Shown: piece by piece, positions 60,616 through 64,000 of the stretch | Layout of the letters: each line of letters opens with the position of its first letter | Position numbering within the stretch: position 1 is the stretch's first letter | DNA from: Rhodosorus marinus CCMP1338 | Lineage: Eukaryota; Plantae; Rhodophyta | Assembly: GCA_029953675.1 (NCBI GenBank) | Contig: JAMWBK010000002.1 | Span: 2,790,001 to 2,854,000, forward strand | Reading direction: 5' to 3' | DNA: 64,000 bases | The notes under the pieces: model-generated | Told to the model about the DNA's origin: nothing | The model's database searches: none | Seen by the model: the letters and a program-made list of their open reading frames with translations, nothing else | Translations under genes and position numbers: made by a program

Positions 60616-60933
60616 TCACGTGCCAAAGAAGTTTCGGCAGAACATGCTGTGGACTACGCTTTGGAACAAGGTCCAGCCCCACGAATAATCCCTTTGACTC
60701 GGCAAGCTCTTCCAATATGTCCGCCATGGTCCCCATATTTGCCGGGTCACACGTCGGAAGAAATCTTCTATACGTTGAACGTCCCAAGCAGCAAATTTGC
60801 ACCTGTTCAAATACCTCTGAGCTTTCCAATCGTTGAGGTGGGCGCCAGACCCCACGTGGTTGTCAATCCAATAACCACTAGGCGTGCGGTTGATCGTATC
60901 AGACGATATCTGTTGGAATTCTGGTTCCGGCAT
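60616..60933 (-). CDS. Possible small hypothetical ORF or relic
   Basis: 105 codons, Trp-rich (DWKAQRYLNRCKFAAWDVQRIEDFFRRV...WGPWRTYWKSLP). An equally long ORF lies on the opposite strand and no consistent exon join was found. Confidence 0.25.
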   Translation of the reverse strand: MPEPEFQQISSDTINRTPSGYWIDNHVGSGAHLNDWKAQRYLNRCKFAAWDVQRIEDFFRRVTRQIWGPWRTYWKSLPSQRDYSWGWTLFQSVVHSMFCRNFFGT

Positions 60934-61806
60934 TGATGGTGATCATCTGTTAGGCTACCAGATCATTCCGAGTTTGACGGACTGTCACTCTTTTAAAGTC
61001 CGAGTAGTGATAGCGCGCGCCATGGAATAGAGGAAGAGGACGGAAAAAAGAAGGAAGACAGACTTTGCAGCAAAGGCAAAAAGTTGAAATTCTTAAGACG
61101 GGTGGTTGAGTTCTTAAGTGGATTGTATCTACTTTCGCCCATTGGGGTGAGCTTCACCATCGAATCGCAGAATACAACGATTAGCGGGAGAGAGTTTCAT
61201 GGAAAGCCGGAATTGTTCGTGGTCGAAACCCTCTTTCTCCAGCGATTTTTGGAACGCAAAGCTTGTTTCCGTCAGATATAGCCTAAACGATTCCATTAAG
61301 CTCTTTAGACACTTAAGGTTGAGATCAAGGTCGGATCAAATCACCCTGTTTTACAAACAATATCATCCGCCATCTATCTCGTTCGAAAAATGATTGATAT
61401 TCAATCATTAAACCCCGCTAACGGAAATATGGTCAAGAAATTTATGTTTTTTAAATTACAATTGACGGCAATCCTTTGTCTCCGGATCTGAAAGGGATCG
61501 ATGAGGAAAATGCCATTTTAAGGAGGAAGAGATATTGTGAGGAGAGCTGGTTTGGTACGGAGAGAGCGATGCAGGTGGGGGGGGGAAGAGAAGGAGGAGG
61601 TGATAGTTTATAGTGTAGACAATTATCTGTGTGGTTGGATCTTCTGTTTTTTTTTTGTTTTGTTTTTTTTTTCTTTTGACACGGTGCTGGTTTTTTTTGC
61701 ATTTTCATGCGTTTGGTGATTTTGGTTTTGGTTTAAGGGGGAAAGTTTTAGAAGGTTGGATTGGTTGTTTTTTTGTTTGGTTTTGGGGGGTATTTTTGGG
61801 GAAAAG

Positions 61807-62491
61807 ATGTCGGGTGAGGAAGCTCCGTTGTTGACGAGTGGGGGGGATGGAATTGGATCTGATTTGGAGTCGAGGAGGAAGAAGGTGGGCTGGTTGGGTC
61901 GGATGTGTCGTTTTTGTGGACACTACTGTTTTCGAATGTACAGTAATATTTTGATGCTGGCCTGTTTGATCGCGTTTGAGATCTTCGAGGTGTTCGCTTT
62001 CTACGATGTTGGGGTGCTGAACTGGTATCCGTTCATCGTTAATATGTGTGCCTTCCCAGCTGTCATTGCGACCGGTATACTTAAGGAGTGCTTCATCCAG
62101 CAAGGAACTCAACCGAACAGCTTTAGACCTCCGGCATCATGGTACTGTAATTTGGCTTGGGGTTTAATGATTGGGTCCTTCGCCGTCTGTGCATTCATCC
62201 CAATCGAGTTGAGAGCATCCGGAGTCCTCACGAGCGCATGGATGTGGTATTCACTTCTCGGGACGGTAAGTCACCCGCAGCAGACTTCCATCTAGTTTGT
62301 TCCGTTCTTTGCTTTATGACAGCGATGGACATTAGATGATTGTGGGGATGTCTATAAAAAATCTCAAATATTGCTATTCTATATTCCCTTTCAAGGCTTT
62401 GCTTTTCTTGTCGTTCCTGCTTGCCTACTTTTTCGAAGCCGTGGCCACGAAGTTGAAGGAGGAAGCGGACGAAGCCGATGAAGTAGCATGA
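61807..62491 (+). CDS. Vps55/LEPROT-like multi-TM endosomal protein
   Basis: Four hydrophobic helices: NWYPFIV..., WYCNLAWGLMIGSFAVCAFIPIELRASGVL...YSLLGT resemble the Vps55 pattern. Intron GTAAGT at 62266; last-exon frame partly uncertain. Confidence 0.55.
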
Positions 62492-62701
62492 AGAAAGTCC
62501 TGCAGAGTGATTTCTTCATCTCTTGTTACTGTGCTGAGACTCAAGTCCCTATTTTATACTTCTACGTTCTTGCGACTCAGTTAGTTCCAATAAGGAAAAC
62601 ATGTAAATTAATCCTAGCGGGGTTCCTTTCTCATCAATTGAGCAGTCTGGGGGCGTCCTGCACGATCTTGCTCGATCCCCTGCGTTGTGCCCAAGATCCT
62701 C

Positions 62702-64000
62702 CTAAACGTCATCGTCGGTAGTGTCCTGTTCGTCTTCTTCATTGGCACTCAGCTGTACAGCAGTCTAGTCGGGTGGTGAGTAGAACTGGTTTAAACGCTC
62801 GAAAAATCGCTTGGAGACTCGGTTTCAAAATCAAGACGGAAGGCTGACTACATACTGTACTTGGCGCATATTCGGCTTGCATGGCATCCCACATTGCAGT
62901 TTGCGAGCTATCCAGTTCTAGTGAATCGTTGTGGTATGAGTACCAGATGCAAAGCTTCCTCAGCCAACCCTCGAAGATGCCCTGCGTCCTTTCCATTGCC
63001 GCCATGTGAGCGTGCAGCAAATGTGTATATTCTTCCGCATATAAGCGACTTCTCTCAAGCTCCTTTTCCGCAATTTCAACCGCGTCGTCCGCAGGTGAGA
63101 CCCAGTGCTCCTCACCAGACAGAAGAACATCCGCAAGCAACAGCGTTTCACCTACGGAGGGTCACAAAGAAGAGCTTTGTCAGTACTCGCGCAGTACTTA
63201 GCAAGAAGGTAACTGCAGATAATCAATTCCTGTTCAATTCTCCGTGCAGAAGTAGCAGCGTTTCATCCAGAGATGACGCAAGCTGTAGCATGCTCGTGGG
63301 CCTTACCCGGACTAGGAACAATATTGTAGGTACTACCATCCGTCAAAGTCTTCTCAATATAGTCCGCTGGGACTAATCCTCTGTAAGTGAGAATCGCAGC
63401 TGTCATCATTTTTCGTATTTGATGGTACATGAAGCTCTCCCCAAGAAGGTTAACGACAACGCATCCGAACCTTTTTGTGGCGTTGTGTCTACAACTCAGT
63501 CATCGAAAAATTTTGTGCTCCTCGCCGTGAAGATTGATGGAGCCCAAGTCTTACCCATCAAAGCTTTTCAGGCTGCACCCTATCGAAAGTACTCTTCTCC
63601 TCGTCGAACTCCTACTATCCAGCTTTCCGAGGCTTGTGAAATTGATGAAGTTCTTGGCTCCTCCTGAGAAAGCTTGGAGAATTTTGTTTAGCCTATGAAC
63701 TGATTCATCAGGCATGCTTCTTTTCGCTTCCAACGCGGATACGGGAATCAAGAACTGGTACGAGCGTTGTCTGCAAAAGTGCCTTGCATTGAATCCCTTT
63801 CTGGATCGAGCCTAGACAGAGCTATACTTAGCCAGCCGAGAACAGATTCCCGGGAAGAAAACCGGCCTTTAGAGGTGGGAGAGAAATTTAATCACCATTC
63901 CGAGGAGCCGGATGTCCTCTGGTAACTTCTCCCGTATCGCTCGGATTGCCAAGTCTAGGTCATTCGGCGTGCCCCTAGGAAACTCTAATTTCAGTGCGAT
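62702..64000 (-). CDS. PUS1: tRNA pseudouridine synthase (TruA/PUS1 family), 3' part, multi-exon
   Basis: LPEDIRLLGM|ARSRKGFNARHFCRQRSYQFLIP, KNFINFT, GESFMYHQIRKM, IVPSP|GETLLL; acidic tail ends DDDV*. The 5' part lies beyond the window. Confidence 0.92.

Overview
Eukaryotic nuclear DNA, gene-dense, with short GT-AG introns (about 80-110 nt where mapped). It is inferred to be a red alga: several N-termini look like red-algal plastid transit peptides (MVGFV, MAGFL, MGFV, MSAVCFV), and there is a plastid-type HemA and a ThiO. About 19 protein genes can be reconstructed by eye. Recognisable ones: HemA, a Mei2-like RRM protein, mitochondrial bL21, FEX fluoride exporter, PEX22, a C2H2 transcription factor, NDUFB3, bacterial-type PIMT/Pcm, ThiO with a C-terminal extension, a GGT-like Ntn hydrolase, NOC2, a RING-H2 ligase, MUS81, a Vps55-like protein and a partial PUS1/TruA. 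Less familiar ones: a 6-repeat helical plastid protein, a CS+SEL1 tail-anchored protein and several hypotheticals. The intergenic spaces hold decayed mobile DNA: a Ty1/copia relic, a 1.35-kb TIR element with clustered ATAGGGC subterminal repeats, a hAT-like relic, a candidate Helitron 3' end, an AT-rich palindromic tandem array and a decayed local duplication. No rRNA, tRNA or CRISPR array was found. No multi-gene novel system is demonstrable from the sequence alone. The best leads are the repeat protein, the CS-SEL1-TM protein, the extended ThiO, the non-canonical GGT and the TIR element. Exon models and family calls are manual and from memory of motifs; no database search was run.
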